The position numbers and the translations under genes were made by a program. The notes under the pieces were generated by a model. That model did no database searches. It was not told where the DNA came from and saw only the letters and a list, made by a program, of their open reading frames with translations. A DNA stretch of 64,000 bases from contig CAXRHT010000001.1 in the NCBI GenBank assembly GCA_964230645.1, positions 96,001-160,000 of the forward strand, written 5' to 3'. Positions 48,606 to 59,725 of the stretch are shown here, in pieces. Position 1 is the stretch's first letter. Each line of letters begins with the position of its first letter. Source of the stretch: Bdellovibrionales bacterium. Its GTDB lineage: Bacteria; Bdellovibrionota; Bdellovibrionia; Bdellovibrionales; JAGQZY01.

Positions 48606-49651
48606 TTTTTCTCCTCAACTCCTGCAACAATCCAATCGTGAATCTTTGGCCTCAAGGAAACAAAATCACGATTCTCCCGGGTGGGATGAACACGATTACT
48701 CAAAATACAAACGTAAAGATCTCTTTTGGGATCAAACCAAAAAGAGGTACCCGTAAAGCCGGTGTGACCAAAAGAGGTTTTTGAAAATAGGTCACCGGCC
48801 GAGGAGTTCTCTTGGCTTGGCAGCATAAAGCCAAGTCCCCAGTCACCTTTTGCTTTTGGCACACTTCTTTTGATGAATTTTTTAAAAACAGTCTCATCAA
48901 TCCTTTTGGTTTTACCTAATAAAGCTTCTCTTAAAAGTCTCCCGTAGGCACTTAAATCATCAATACTTCCAAAAAGACCGGCGTGAGGAGCCACTCCCCC
49001 TAGAGACCAAGCATTTTCATCATGAACCTCACCTTGCAGAGTTTTTTTACGCCAGGGACACTTTTCCGTAGGCGCATAGAGATTTTGGTTGAGTCTTCTG
49101 TGGCCATTGGGGTTAAAGTGCAAACTTGTTTTCGGGTAAAACTCTTCATAAAGATTCTTCCAGTTCTCTAGAATGGGACTCAGACTAAGACTTTTCATCA
49201 CAGACCCTAGCAAGAAGAAGTCTATATCGGAATAAATAGCCTTCGCCTCTTTTTTTATGGGAGCTTGCCGGCAAAGCTTTTCAAGCTGTTGGTACCTTTG
49301 CTCACGATCGAGGTGAAGAGAGATTTGCTTATAAAAAGGCTCCCACCAGTTATTCCCGGCCGAGTGACTCAAAAGATCTTTTATCTTGTATTGGGAGTGA
49401 GGATACCAAGGAAGATAAAAAGAAACTTTGGAATCGACTGACATCTTTCTTTTTTGGACCTGATCGATATACCACAAAGTGGTAAAGATAATTTTAGTCA
49501 GAGAGGCTAAGTCATAATAGGCGTAGGTTTTGCCCCAGTGAAAATCCACCTGTTTTTTGCCTTTATAAAAAGCTTGGATCTGACACCCAGGGAATTTTAG
49601 GTGCTCTAACTTTTTAAATTCTTCTTGAAGTTTTTTTTCAACGGCATTCAC
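48602..49651 (-). CDS. beta-lactamase-family serine hydrolase (cytoplasmic)
   Basis: DLASLTK (SxxK), YSD, GEVHDENA..LGGVAPHAGLF, FGHTGFTG, LSNRVHP; no signal peptide. Confidence 0.9.
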   Translation of the reverse strand: MNAVEKKLQEEFKKLEHLKFPGCQIQAFYKGKKQVDFHWGKTYAYYDLASLTKIIFTTLWYIDQVQKRKMSVDSKVSFYLPWYPHSQYKIKDLLSHSAGNNWWEPFYKQISLHLDREQRYQQLEKLCRQAPIKKEAKAIYSDIDFFLLGSVMKSLSLSPILENWKNLYEEFYPKTSLHFNPNGHRRLNQNLYAPTEKCPWRKKTLQGEVHDENAWSLGGVAPHAGLFGSIDDLSAYGRLLREALLGKTKRIDETVFKKFIKRSVPKAKGDWGLGFMLPSQENSSAGDLFSKTSFGHTGFTGTSFWFDPKRDLYVCILSNRVHPTRENRDFVSLRPKIHDWIVAGVEEKK

Positions 49652-50577
49652 GGCTTTTCAGCTCCCGAGTCGAACTGCAGTCGTGCTTTTTTTCCACCAT
49701 ATATTCTAGCCTTTGTATTAAAACTGAGCGGGTGCTGGTTTTTGCCGTGACCACTTTTAATCCCAGCAAAAACCGGTAGTTTTTTATTCTGAGCAAACTC
49801 CCTTAAATACCTGGGCACAAGACTTTTACCTCCAGGCTCCTCTCCGCCTGTGAATTGCCCTAGAAGAATGGCTCTCACACCTTTAAACAGTCCCATCTGT
49901 TCCATTTGTTCAAAAACACGATCAATACGGTAGGCTCTCTCTCCTATTTCTTCGAAAAAGAGAATGCGCCCTTTGGTGTTGATTTGAAATTTTGTGGCAA
50001 AGCTCGATTGAATTGTTATGAGGTTCCCGCCCACGATAGAGCCTGAGATGGTTTTTTCTTCGAAAGCTTTCGTGTTGAGGGGAGTCAGACGGTACTCCTC
50101 CTCTAACTTTTCACCAAAGAGCATTTTTTTAAGACGTTTTTCCTCAATGGGACTTCCCTCTCCCCTTGCAAAGCGATCAATGTGGCAGCCGTGAATGGTG
50201 GACCAGTTCCACTCTTGATTTAAAAATAAATGAAGACTGGTGATATCACTCAATCCTAGGAAGGCTTTAGGCACTGGGCTTTTGATGGAACTTAGTCCGC
50301 TGAGAAGTTGGTGACTGCCGTAGCCTCCCCGCAAGCACCAGATGAGGCGAGAGTCTTTCGCTCTGAAGGCTTCTTTAAGATGCTTAATTCTTAGCTCCCG
50401 ACTATTTGAACAAATCAAATCTTTACCGAGAAGGTCTTTGGGAATGCGTACTTTTAAGCCCCAAGACTCTAGGAAAGGTTTTATCCCCTCGAGAGTTTTA
50501 GGGCGAGGAGGCATCCCTGGAGCAACGATATCGACAAGATCCCCTTTCACAAGGGGCTTCCATAATTGATTCTTCAT
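49648..50577 (-). CDS. ldcA: LD-carboxypeptidase (peptidase S66)
   Basis: IVAPG, RGGYGS, GLSDIT (Ser), GGNL, FFEEIGE (Glu), SGHG (His). Confidence 0.9.
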   Translation of the reverse strand: MKNQLWKPLVKGDLVDIVAPGMPPRPKTLEGIKPFLESWGLKVRIPKDLLGKDLICSNSRELRIKHLKEAFRAKDSRLIWCLRGGYGSHQLLSGLSSIKSPVPKAFLGLSDITSLHLFLNQEWNWSTIHGCHIDRFARGEGSPIEEKRLKKMLFGEKLEEEYRLTPLNTKAFEEKTISGSIVGGNLITIQSSFATKFQINTKGRILFFEEIGERAYRIDRVFEQMEQMGLFKGVRAILLGQFTGGEEPGGKSLVPRYLREFAQNKKLPVFAGIKSGHGKNQHPLSFNTKARIYGGKKARLQFDSGAEKP

Positions 50578-50723
50578 TGGCTCATTGTAGAAAAAAAACT
50601 GATACTTTCCAATACTTTAAAGCGCTCGTTTTTTTGAAGCTCAATTCTCACTTTGTTTTTATTGACTGGGCTAGTCCCCTCTAAGCATAGACAATCCCTG
50701 CCTGGTGTGGGACATAGAATTCT

Positions 50724-51347
50724 ATGATTTCCTTTGACCAGCATCTCTTTAGACTCATCAACTCGGAATGGACCCACCCCTGGCTCAATGCCTTTATGCC
50801 CTGGGTAACTGACCTTCATAAAAATCAGACCGTGATGGTGATTGCCATCCCCACCCTGTTACTTCTTTGGTTTTATCGCTCCCGCAAACAGATGCTGGTG
50901 GCCCTTGTCGGGCTTTTGATATCTATAGCTCTCGCTGATAACTTTATTTACAGAGTCTTAAAACCTAGTTTTGAAAGGCCAAGACCTCCTTACGTGGAAA
51001 AGACCATTGAGTTAAGGTCCGACCGATACGCTGGATATAGCTTCCCCTCTAACCATGCGGCCAATAATTTCGCCGCGGCAGGCTTTCTCAGTCTATGTTA
51101 CCCCGCATTAACACCGGTCTTTCTGCTAGTTGCTTCGATTGTAGGCTATTCCAGAATTTACGTAGGTGTGCATTATCCCCTAGATGTTATAGCGGGGGGT
51201 GTTATTGGACTGATTTTTGGACTTTTCTTTTTCAGAATCTGGAGGATAATTCTAAGTAAGGCCCACCGTCGGTGGCCTTTTCTTCCTTTATTAAAAGTGC
51301 CCCCTGTAAAAGGAGAATCTTATGGCAACACTAACAGAGAGTTTTAA
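50724..51347 (+). CDS. PAP2 family phosphatase (possible undecaprenyl-pyrophosphate phosphatase)
   Basis: KPSFERPRP, SFPSNHA, SRIYVGVHYPLDV. Confidence 0.9.
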   Translation: MISFDQHLFRLINSEWTHPWLNAFMPWVTDLHKNQTVMVIAIPTLLLLWFYRSRKQMLVALVGLLISIALADNFIYRVLKPSFERPRPPYVEKTIELRSDRYAGYSFPSNHAANNFAAAGFLSLCYPALTPVFLLVASIVGYSRIYVGVHYPLDVIAGGVIGLIFGLFFFRIWRIILSKAHRRWPFLPLLKVPPVKGESYGNTNREF

Positions 51348-52353
51348 AGAAAAAACGGCCAAAGAATGGGCCATGATTGTCGCGAAATACAAAAAACCCA
51401 GTCACTTAAGAAGTTGGGTTGAGATTTTTGTCACGTCCATTCCCTTTGTTCTTTTGTGGGCTCTTGCGGTTTATTCGTATTACTACTCTTACTGGATTTC
51501 TCTTTTATTTATTGTTCCGGCCGCCTTTTTCCTTGTGCGTCTTTTTGCCATTCAACACGATTGTGGTCATGGAACTCTTTTTCGATACAAAGCTCTCAAT
51601 GACTGGGTGGGACGCGTTTTAGGTGTTTTCACTTTTACTCCCTACGACGTTTGGAAAAAAGATCACGCCGCTCACCATTCCACCTCGGGGAACCTCTCCC
51701 AACGTGGGCATGGAGATATCACCACTCTCACAATGAGAGAGTATCAAAACTTAAGCCTTTGGGGGAAAATTCGCTACCGGGTCTATAGACACCCTCTCGT
51801 TTTGTTCGTTTTTGGCCCCACCTATCTTTTTGTTTTTCGCCAAAGAATTCCGGTGGGACAAATGAAAGAGATCAAGGCCTGGGTCAGTGCTATGGGTACC
51901 AATCTTTTTATTGCAACCATGGTAATCATCTTACTTTATACTATTGGAACCGGAGCCTTCTTTCTTGTTCACATGCCTATTGTGATTATCGCAGGCACTG
52001 TGGGTGTTTGGCTTTTTTATGTGCAACACCAATTCGAAACCACGCACTGGGAAGCCGGAGACAAGTGGAACCCCCAAGATGCCGCTCTTTACGGAAGCTC
52101 ACATTATGATCTTCCTTTTGTTCTTCGCTGGGCCACTGCCAATATTGGAGCTCACCATATTCATCACCTTCACAGTAAAATTCCCTACTATCATTTACCA
52201 AGAATCATGAAAGACCATCCGCAGCTCCGCGAAGTCAGCCGTATAACGCTCTGGCAAAGTGTGAAGTGCGCCAATCTCCATCTCTGGGATGAGGCCAACA
52301 GGAAACTTATCTCATTTCGTGAACGACGTCGACTTTTGAAAAAAGGGCAGTAG
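51322..52353 (+). CDS. membrane fatty acid desaturase
   Basis: Histidine boxes QHDCGH, HAAHH, HHIHH; WLFYVQHQF. Confidence 0.93.
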   Translation: MATLTESFKEKTAKEWAMIVAKYKKPSHLRSWVEIFVTSIPFVLLWALAVYSYYYSYWISLLFIVPAAFFLVRLFAIQHDCGHGTLFRYKALNDWVGRVLGVFTFTPYDVWKKDHAAHHSTSGNLSQRGHGDITTLTMREYQNLSLWGKIRYRVYRHPLVLFVFGPTYLFVFRQRIPVGQMKEIKAWVSAMGTNLFIATMVIILLYTIGTGAFFLVHMPIVIIAGTVGVWLFYVQHQFETTHWEAGDKWNPQDAALYGSSHYDLPFVLRWATANIGAHHIHHLHSKIPYYHLPRIMKDHPQLREVSRITLWQSVKCANLHLWDEANRKLISFRERRRLLKKGQ

Positions 52354-52363
52354 GAACTTAGCC

Positions 52364-53611
52364 CTATTGAAAGTAAGAGAGCTTAAATTTTCTAAACATC
52401 AGGTCCTGAGGGACCTTTCTATCTTCACCTCTCCAAGAATCAGCGTGAATTCCCTTGCGCTCATAAAGAATTCCCACATGATAGTCTCTCGTCTTTGCCA
52501 TGGAACTGTAGCCACAACTACTATCGATTCTCTTGGAAATAGGCCAGCTCCGTCCATTTGAACCCATCCTAATTGTTAGCTTGGATCGATTTTTGGTGGA
52601 TGCACAATTGGCAAAAAAGATTCTTCCCTGCGAGTACCTCAACAAACTTCCTTGTGCGATGGGATCAAAGAGGCGGTGAGAAATACTCGGGGTCGAAAAT
52701 GACTGAGCGGAATTTTCGCTAAATGAAATGGAGCGCCGGCAAAGGGGACTTCCCGGCAAGAGGTTCCCTTGGTCATCTTTACGACATTTGTTCCTGCCCG
52801 TAGACCTATCATTTCTATAAATCACACCATTATCAAGCTCGGCGATCGCCGACTCACTAGAAAGATTCGGCATTAGGGAGGACATTTCCCAACTCTCCCC
52901 TCCATCTTTGGAAATCAAAGTTCTTCTTGCCGCTGGAATCAGAAGCCAGTTTTGATGTTTTCTGTGCGAAAGTTGAATTCCAACTCCAGGTCCAACCATA
53001 TCCATTTTAGTACCTGCTGGCTGTAGGTGACCGGTGAGATCCTCAAGGGGAGAAAATTTTAAAGACTTTCCTTCAAAGCGGGCCTGGCGATACAATATTT
53101 TTCGATCGCCACTAGCAAAGCGCCTGGCAGGATCCTCATGAAATTGACTTTTATGGCCTGGATTTGAATTCATAAATAAATGAATCACACCTGTGCGTTG
53201 ATCGACCACAGCCGTGGGATTCCCGCAAGTATCTCTGCCAAGTTCACAGGCTTTATGTATCGAACTCCAATTTTTACCGTCATCATAGCTCACTCTAAAG
53301 ACGACATTAATGTCTCCAGAGTCCTGATTGTGAGCCACCCTTTGCTCGGCAAAGGCGACTAAGTATCTGTTTTTATTGACAGTGACTAACGAAGGAATAC
53401 GATAAAAATATCGACCTCTTTGATCAGATCGAGAAACAAAAAGAGGTTTTACTTCTCCACTCGTGTCCGAAGAACTCATAACAAGTGAGTTCCCTTCTGT
53501 TTCTGAAGAAGAAGAGTGCGATCGAGACTCTAATCTTCCACAGTTTTGAAAAAGGGAGAAGAAGGCTACCGACGCCAATAAGAATATTAATAGAGAAAGT
53601 CGATGTGCCAC
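52364..53611 (-). CDS. sialidase/neuraminidase-like (GH33) lipoprotein
   Basis: FQNC lipobox; YRIP motif, VAFAEQR, Asp-boxes SYDDGKNW and SKDGGESW, GPGVGIQL, SE, GYSS..GILYE. Confidence 0.85.
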   Translation of the reverse strand: MAHRLSLLIFLLASVAFFSLFQNCGRLESRSHSSSSETEGNSLVMSSSDTSGEVKPLFVSRSDQRGRYFYRIPSLVTVNKNRYLVAFAEQRVAHNQDSGDINVVFRVSYDDGKNWSSIHKACELGRDTCGNPTAVVDQRTGVIHLFMNSNPGHKSQFHEDPARRFASGDRKILYRQARFEGKSLKFSPLEDLTGHLQPAGTKMDMVGPGVGIQLSHRKHQNWLLIPAARRTLISKDGGESWEMSSLMPNLSSESAIAELDNGVIYRNDRSTGRNKCRKDDQGNLLPGSPLCRRSISFSENSAQSFSTPSISHRLFDPIAQGSLLRYSQGRIFFANCASTKNRSKLTIRMGSNGRSWPISKRIDSSCGYSSMAKTRDYHVGILYERKGIHADSWRGEDRKVPQDLMFRKFKLSYFQ

Positions 53612-53638
53612 TTGTGACCTCTTTTGAGCAAGACTGCC

Positions 53639-54433
53639 TTAAGGCGCTTCTGCATATTCGCAGCGGCTTTGCTCAGTGCCTGTGTAGTTAAGAACGGCCA
53701 TAAAGCCATTGGCCTCTTCATAGGTTAAGCTTCGCGACATAGGAGAATAGGAAATATGCTCGCCTTCTTTAGAAATATTAAAACTAAATCCCATGTAGCC
53801 TGCAGCAAAAATATCGGCATCGCCTAGAATAAGATGATGAGAAAGAAAAACCTCTTCGACAGACTCCGGAGAATACTTAGAATCGAGTATCGCGAGCAGT
53901 TCTTTTTCTTTATCCGTGTCTGCATCCGCCCTCAAGTCAGCAGGACTCATTGAAGGACAAAATTGGTTCAAAAGGGCATCAAGTGGAACACTGCCAGCGA
54001 GAACATCCGCCTTTAATTCCGCGTAGCTGATTGTGCAGACGGCTGTTGGGCTTTGTTCAGTGCGGATAGTGATACTGTCACTATCGATCATATCTTGAAT
54101 GTAGTCATTTTGCTCTTCAAGACTCGCAAAATTTTCCAATTGAAAGTCATGGATTTTCTTTTTGTAAATTGAGATGACGGGATTTTCACTAAATTTAAAA
54201 TCGTAGCGATCTTGATTGGGCTGGGTGGAGTAAGCAGTAAGATCACAGTTTTGACCAATACTAAGACTCTTGTTTATCGGGTCCTCGCTATCGCCGCCCC
54301 CTTGATTTTGCCCTTGGTTAGGATTGTTGGTCGGATCGGGTTCACCGGAGCTTTGTTGACTCGACTCAGACCCTCCACATGCTGATAACATTAATACAGA
54401 AAATAATACTAGAATGATTCGAATTGGTTTCAT
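53639..54433 (-). CDS. acidic hypothetical lipoprotein
   Basis: Lipobox LSAC, S/N/Q/G-rich linker; no family recognised. Confidence 0.75.
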   Translation of the reverse strand: MKPIRIILVLFSVLMLSACGGSESSQQSSGEPDPTNNPNQGQNQGGGDSEDPINKSLSIGQNCDLTAYSTQPNQDRYDFKFSENPVISIYKKKIHDFQLENFASLEEQNDYIQDMIDSDSITIRTEQSPTAVCTISYAELKADVLAGSVPLDALLNQFCPSMSPADLRADADTDKEKELLAILDSKYSPESVEEVFLSHHLILGDADIFAAGYMGFSFNISKEGEHISYSPMSRSLTYEEANGFMAVLNYTGTEQSRCEYAEAP

Positions 54434-54456
54434 ATCAACCCCCAACAAAAAAGGGT

Positions 54457-54473
54457 TGCAAAACCTAAACCAA
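54457..54473 (-). promoter_or_regulatory. putative sigma-54-type promoter (GG-N10-GC)
   Basis: Minus strand TTGGTTTAGGTTTTGCA about 24 nt upstream of the lipoprotein ATG; a GCCGATAA box (54490-54497) also lies upstream. Confidence 0.3.
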
Positions 54474-54577
54474 AGGGGCTAAAGCCCCTTTATCGGCTAT
54501 CCAGCCTTATTTGTTTCAACCTGAAACGTGCGTATTTTTGACAGCTGTTAAGCCCAACAAAAAATAGCTAACTCGAT

Positions 54578-55981
54578 CTAGGAATAAATCGGGGTGGGGT
54601 AATTGTTGGTGAAACAGGCCGCGCAGTACTTGGTTTCCGACTCATCTTTCACAGCCGTCATCAAGCCCCCATGGCTGACGTACTTGAGGGTATCAGCGCC
54701 AATGTATTTACGAATCTCATCGATGCTACGGTTGCAGGCAATGAGTTGATCCCGACTTGGTGTATCCACACCATAATAACAGGGGCCGATCGTAGGTGGA
54801 GCGGCAATTCTCATATGCACCTCTTTAGCACCAAAGGCTCGAACCAAATTAATGATTTTTTGAGAGGTGGTTCCTCTGACAAGAGAGTCATCGATCACTA
54901 CAATTTTTTTCCCTTTTAAAATTGCCTCTTGCGGATTGAGTTTAACTTTCACTCCAAAACTGCGAATATTCTGTTTGGGCTCAATAAATGTTCGCCCCAC
55001 ATAGTGATTGCGAATAATACCGAGTTCAAAGGGAAGGCCACTTTCCTGCGAGTAACCAAGGGCCGCAGGAACCCCACTATCGGGAACTGGAATCACAAGG
55101 TCCGCACCCATATCCCCGTCTTCTTTAGCCATATGAGCGCCAAGGCGTTTTCTCGTCTGATAAACACTCTCGCCAAAAACAACCGAATCAGGTCTGGCGA
55201 AATAAACATGTTCAAACACACACTGGCTCTTTTTTTCTGGAACATTTTCCATGAAAAAGGACTCTTCCTTTTCACCGTCAAAACAGTAAATTTCTCCGGG
55301 TTCAATCTCACGCACAAACTTGGCACCAATAAGGTCAAAGGCACAGGTTTCTGAAGACAAGACCATAGCTTTGCCACCATCGACTAATATCTCTCCTAGT
55401 ACAAGAGGTCTGAAGCCTTGAGGGTCTCTGGCCGCAATGAGGCGGTTATGAGAGAGCATCACCATTGAAAAAGCGCCTTCCAATTTTGGAAGCTCTTCTT
55501 TGAGACAATTGAGGATGTCCTTATTTTTATTTCTGGCTATGAGATGGAGAAAGATTTCAGTGTCATTGGTCCCTTGAAAAATTGATCCTCTCTCTTTGAG
55601 ATCATCCCTTAGAGGTTTTGAGTTAATAATGTTTCCATTATGGGCCAATGAAACCGGCCCGTTATAAAGGTTGGCCTTGAGTGGTTGGATGTTATATTTT
55701 TCGTTGGCTCCCGTAGTGGAATAACGGTTGTGCCCAATGGCTGCCTTTCCTTTGAGCGTGTCTAAAACCTCTTCGCTAAAAACATCGGCCACAAGCCCAT
55801 GACCTTTATGCAGTCTATGCTCTTTCTCAAACAGGCTTACAATCCCCGAGGCCTCTTGCCCGCGGTGTTGAAGGGCATAAAGCCCCAGATAAGTCATCCG
55901 AGCCGCTTCCGGGTGATTCCAAATCCCGAAAACAGCACACTCTTCTTTAAAGCCCTGGGAGGGCCTTTTGCCAAGATCCAT
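54578..55981 (-). CDS. purF: amidophosphoribosyltransferase
   Basis: Propeptide then [41 protein letters not shown]. Confidence 0.96.
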   Translation of the reverse strand: MDLGKRPSQGFKEECAVFGIWNHPEAARMTYLGLYALQHRGQEASGIVSLFEKEHRLHKGHGLVADVFSEEVLDTLKGKAAIGHNRYSTTGANEKYNIQPLKANLYNGPVSLAHNGNIINSKPLRDDLKERGSIFQGTNDTEIFLHLIARNKNKDILNCLKEELPKLEGAFSMVMLSHNRLIAARDPQGFRPLVLGEILVDGGKAMVLSSETCAFDLIGAKFVREIEPGEIYCFDGEKEESFFMENVPEKKSQCVFEHVYFARPDSVVFGESVYQTRKRLGAHMAKEDGDMGADLVIPVPDSGVPAALGYSQESGLPFELGIIRNHYVGRTFIEPKQNIRSFGVKVKLNPQEAILKGKKIVVIDDSLVRGTTSQKIINLVRAFGAKEVHMRIAAPPTIGPCYYGVDTPSRDQLIACNRSIDEIRKYIGADTLKYVSHGGLMTAVKDESETKYCAACFTNNYPTPIYS

Positions 55982-58103
55982 TGTAACAATCCTTCAGCTC
56001 ATCAAGAGACAAGCTCGTCTCATTCCACTTCCACTGTTTGTTTTGACAGACCCTTCCGATCTTTTCGACTTTTAAACCTTGCTCCCCGGCCCAGTCCATC
56101 CAAGCTTTTTCGTTACTGGTTGAAACCACAACCTGGTAAAGAGGTTCAAGAAAAGCCGGAGCATCTGTCTCGACTTCTACTCCTAGGTCTTTTTCAAAGC
56201 ACATTTTCGCCAATGTGTAAGCAAGACCAAAGGAGCTCACAATTCGAGTGCTACTGACGGGTAAATCCAGCACAGCATTCATTAGTTTGTTAGTCTGCAA
56301 AGAAAGAGTTTTAAGGTCCTCATCAAAATTAATTTCTCCTGAACCTTTTTTAATCTCGCTCCAATAACCTGTACTCACACCTTCACCCAATTGCACAACA
56401 AGAAGACTCTCCCCTTCTTTGGTAAAAAAGGATTCTGGCATATTTTTAAGATCGGGTCTTAAGCCAACAAGTCCAGTGCTCGGTGTGGGAGAAATTCCTT
56501 TATCAAGAGTTTCATTATAAAAACTGACATTTCCACTAATAATGGGGGTAACGAAAGCCTCGCAGGCTTTATTCATACCATCAAGACTGGCCACAAACTC
56601 ACTCATTACCTCTGGCTTTTCAGGATTGCCGAAATTTAAACAGTCCGTTGTAGCGAGAGCTTCAAAACCTTTTGCTGCTAATTCAATAGCGGGATAGGCA
56701 ATACTATCCATTCCGCCCACCCAAGCGTCCTGTCTCATGATATGAGGACGACAACCAAGCACAATTCCTAAACCGCGACCACTGGGAAGAGCGGAGACAC
56801 CGATAGGAGACTGGCAGTCTCTGGCGGTACTGGCTCCCACTCTTTGATCGTACTGTCTATAAATCCACTCTTTTGTTCCTCCCTGGTGAGAGCTAAGAAT
56901 CTTTTTAAGATCTTCAAGATTCTCTGAGTCTTGGGAAGCCCACTTAAGATTTTTATTGTCTTTTCTTTTCCAAGGATTGTAGTCCCTTTCGTATTGAGGG
57001 GCGTTGTCCACAACGTCTTTAGGACTCATTTCCGTGAGAGTTTCATTTTTCCAAATCAATCGAATGACGGGCTCTTCAATCACTTCACCCACACTGACGG
57101 CATCAAGGCCCCAGTGCTCAAACACGGATTTTAATTCATCAAAGCGGCTGGGCTCGCAAATTAAAAGCATGCGCTCCTGGCTTTCGGAGAGGAGAATCTC
57201 TTCAGGCTCCATGGTCTCATCTCTTAAGGGCACTTTATCAAGATGAAGGGTGAGCCCCACACTTCCCTTATCAGCCATTTCAAAACTAGAACTTGTAAGC
57301 CCTGCGGCCCCCATATCCTGAATGGCTACCACAAGGTCTTTTTTCATCACTTCAAGACAGGACTCGATCAAAAGTTTTTCATAAAAAGGGTCACCTATTT
57401 GAACAGTTGGCCTTTTGCTCTCAGAGTCTTCATCAAAAGACTCGCTCGCCATACTCGCTCCATGAACTCCGTCTCGCCCTGTTTTAGCTCCGACGTAGAC
57501 AACGAGATTCCCAACCCCTTGCGCTTGCGAAAGACAGATGGGATCGCCTTCAGTGAAAAGGCCCACGGCCATGGCATTAACGAGAATATTTTCATTGTAA
57601 GATTTGTGAAAATTAGTCTGGCCACTGAGATTAGGCACACCCACACAGTTACCGTACCCGCCAATACCTCGAACCACTCCATCAACAAGTTCTTTCATTC
57701 TTGGGGCCTCAGGCTCTCCAAAACAAAGATAGTTCGCGAGCGCAATGGGTCTAGCACCCATGGTGAAAATATCCCGCAGAATTCCACCCACACCTGTAGC
57801 AGCCCCTTGGTAAGGCTCAATGAAGCTTGGGTGATTGTGACTCTCCATTTTAAAAGCCACCTTCTCTTCTTCCCCAAGATCGACAATTCCTGCGTTCTCA
57901 CCAAAGCTTTGTAGAACTCTTTCAGATTCACTAAAAAGTTTCTTTAAGTGAACCTTTGAGCTTTTGTAAGAGCAGTGCTCACTCCATAGAGCGGAGAACA
58001 CAGCCCACTCCACTCCTTCGGGCTCACGACCTAGGATCTCTTTTATCTTTTCGTATTCTTTAGGATTGATGCGGTAAAGTTTTAGCTTTTCTTCCAAATT
58101 CAT
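55947..58103 (-). CDS. purL: phosphoribosylformylglycinamidine synthase subunit PurL
   Basis: [44 protein letters not shown]. Confidence 0.96.
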   Translation of the reverse strand: MNLEEKLKLYRINPKEYEKIKEILGREPEGVEWAVFSALWSEHCSYKSSKVHLKKLFSESERVLQSFGENAGIVDLGEEEKVAFKMESHNHPSFIEPYQGAATGVGGILRDIFTMGARPIALANYLCFGEPEAPRMKELVDGVVRGIGGYGNCVGVPNLSGQTNFHKSYNENILVNAMAVGLFTEGDPICLSQAQGVGNLVVYVGAKTGRDGVHGASMASESFDEDSESKRPTVQIGDPFYEKLLIESCLEVMKKDLVVAIQDMGAAGLTSSSFEMADKGSVGLTLHLDKVPLRDETMEPEEILLSESQERMLLICEPSRFDELKSVFEHWGLDAVSVGEVIEEPVIRLIWKNETLTEMSPKDVVDNAPQYERDYNPWKRKDNKNLKWASQDSENLEDLKKILSSHQGGTKEWIYRQYDQRVGASTARDCQSPIGVSALPSGRGLGIVLGCRPHIMRQDAWVGGMDSIAYPAIELAAKGFEALATTDCLNFGNPEKPEVMSEFVASLDGMNKACEAFVTPIISGNVSFYNETLDKGISPTPSTGLVGLRPDLKNMPESFFTKEGESLLVVQLGEGVSTGYWSEIKKGSGEINFDEDLKTLSLQTNKLMNAVLDLPVSSTRIVSSFGLAYTLAKMCFEKDLGVEVETDAPAFLEPLYQVVVSTSNEKAWMDWAGEQGLKVEKIGRVCQNKQWKWNETSLSLDELKDCYNGSWQKALPGL

Positions 58104-58756
58104 TAGGCTTCATCCTTCCAATCAAAAAACTTCAATCCATCTAGACTTCCCATCCAATCAAAAAGGGCGCGATCAGGATGAGGCATCATACCCACCACAT
58201 TTCTTTTTTCATTCATCACACCGGCAATATCACTCACTGATCCGTTGGGATTTTTTTCGTAGGTGAGCCAAATCTGCTGGTTGTCTTTAAGACTTTTAAG
58301 ACCTTCTTCGCCAATAAAGTAACGACCATCGGCATGGGCCATAGGCATACGGTAACTATTGCCCACTTCAAAGGGGGACCAGCCACTCTCATTTTCTAAT
58401 TTTAAATTGACCCACTGATCGATAAATCGACCCTTGTCGTTTCTCATTAGAGCTCCAGGGAGAAGGCCCGCTTCACAGAGGATCTGAAAACCATTACAGA
58501 TTCCAAAAATAGGTTTTCCCAAAGAGTCCGCTTTTTTAAGAGAGTCCATAGCGGGGCTTAGTGCCGCTAAAGCTCCCGAGCGCAAATAATCTCCGTAACT
58601 AAATCCACCGGGAACAAGGAAAGCATCATAATTCTCTGGCTTGAAACTATCTTCGTACCAAAGCCATTCCGGTTTTTTATTTTTCATTTCAATGGACTTC
58701 CAGATGTCGCGATCGCAGTTTGTTCCTGGAAATCTTAAAATCCCCACACGACTCAT
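58103..58756 (-). CDS. purQ: phosphoribosylformylglycinamidine synthase subunit PurQ
   Basis: [42 protein letters not shown]. Confidence 0.95.
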   Translation of the reverse strand: MSRVGILRFPGTNCDRDIWKSIEMKNKKPEWLWYEDSFKPENYDAFLVPGGFSYGDYLRSGALAALSPAMDSLKKADSLGKPIFGICNGFQILCEAGLLPGALMRNDKGRFIDQWVNLKLENESGWSPFEVGNSYRMPMAHADGRYFIGEEGLKSLKDNQQIWLTYEKNPNGSVSDIAGVMNEKRNVVGMMPHPDRALFDWMGSLDGLKFFDWKDEA

Positions 58757-58992
58757 AGAGCTTCTACCTCGTATTTTTCAATCAATGGGTTGTAGAGTCC
58801 TTTTTCAGCCATGGCTTTGGCCATCTCAAGACCTTTGGATTCATCCGCGGCCTCCACTTCCAAAACTATGTATTTTCCAACATGACAGTCTTTGAGTTCA
58901 TTGAAACCATGGGTACTCAGTGTGGTTTGAACAGCGCGCCCTTGCGTATCAAGGACCTCAGGTTTTGGTAAAATTTTAAGAGCAAATTTCAT
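58753..58992 (-). CDS. purS: phosphoribosylformylglycinamidine synthase subunit PurS
   Basis: KPEVLDTQG, VGKYI, LYNPLIEKY; 79 aa between purC and purQ. Confidence 0.93.
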   Translation of the reverse strand: MKFALKILPKPEVLDTQGRAVQTTLSTHGFNELKDCHVGKYIVLEVEAADESKGLEMAKAMAEKGLYNPLIEKYEVEAL

Positions 58993-58999
58993 GGTCTCC

Positions 59000-59725
59000 T
59001 CACTTATTCTTTTGCAGTCGATTTAATACTTCTTGATAATTCTCAATAACATCACCCAAATCGCGACGAAAACGATCTTTATCCATCTTTTCATTGGTCT
59101 CGGCATCCCAGAGTCTGCAACTGTCTGGAGAAATTTCATCGCCTAAAACAATTTCACCATCGGGGCTGTAACCAAACTCAAGCTTAAAATCCACAAGCTT
59201 TATTCCCGAATTTTTAAATAAATCCAGTAGAACAGTGTTCACGGCAATGGCTCGGCTCTTTAAGCTTTCAAGATCTCCCTCATTTTTTACCGTCTCTAGC
59301 ATCAATGCTTGATCATCGCTGATAAAGGGATCCCCTAACTCATCTTTTTTATAATAAAATTCTACCAGAGGCTTATTAAGCGGAGTCCCTTCTTTAATTC
59401 CAAATTTTTTGGCCGTCGATCCGGCTAAGATATTTCGAACCACAACCTCAAGATCGATCATCTCAAGCTTTTGAGTGACCATATCTGTTTCTCCCTCATC
59501 GGCCACCCAATGGGACGGGATTTTTTCACTGTTGAGTTTTTGAAAAATTAAGGAAGCAATGGCCCGATTGATTTTACCCTTGCCTTCCATGGTAGCTTTC
59601 TTTTCTCCATTAAAAGCGGTAAAGGAGTCTTTAAACTCCTGCCATAAAAGTTTAGGTTCACCTTCAATACTAAAAATTTTCTTAGCTTTGCCTTCGTAAA
59701 GCATTTCACCTTTAGAGTAACTCAC
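59000..59725 (-). CDS. purC: SAICAR synthetase
   Basis: LYEGKAK, EVVVRN, LVDFKLEFG, DEISPDSCRLWD, DKDRFR. Confidence 0.96.
   Translation of the reverse strand: MSYSKGEMLYEGKAKKIFSIEGEPKLLWQEFKDSFTAFNGEKKATMEGKGKINRAIASLIFQKLNSEKIPSHWVADEGETDMVTQKLEMIDLEVVVRNILAGSTAKKFGIKEGTPLNKPLVEFYYKKDELGDPFISDDQALMLETVKNEGDLESLKSRAIAVNTVLLDLFKNSGIKLVDFKLEFGYSPDGEIVLGDEISPDSCRLWDAETNEKMDKDRFRRDLGDVIENYQEVLNRLQKNK

Noticed and set aside
57243..57914. 223-aa and other long antisense ORFs over purL, purF, icmF and maeB
   Set aside because: Antisense shadows of well-conserved genes.
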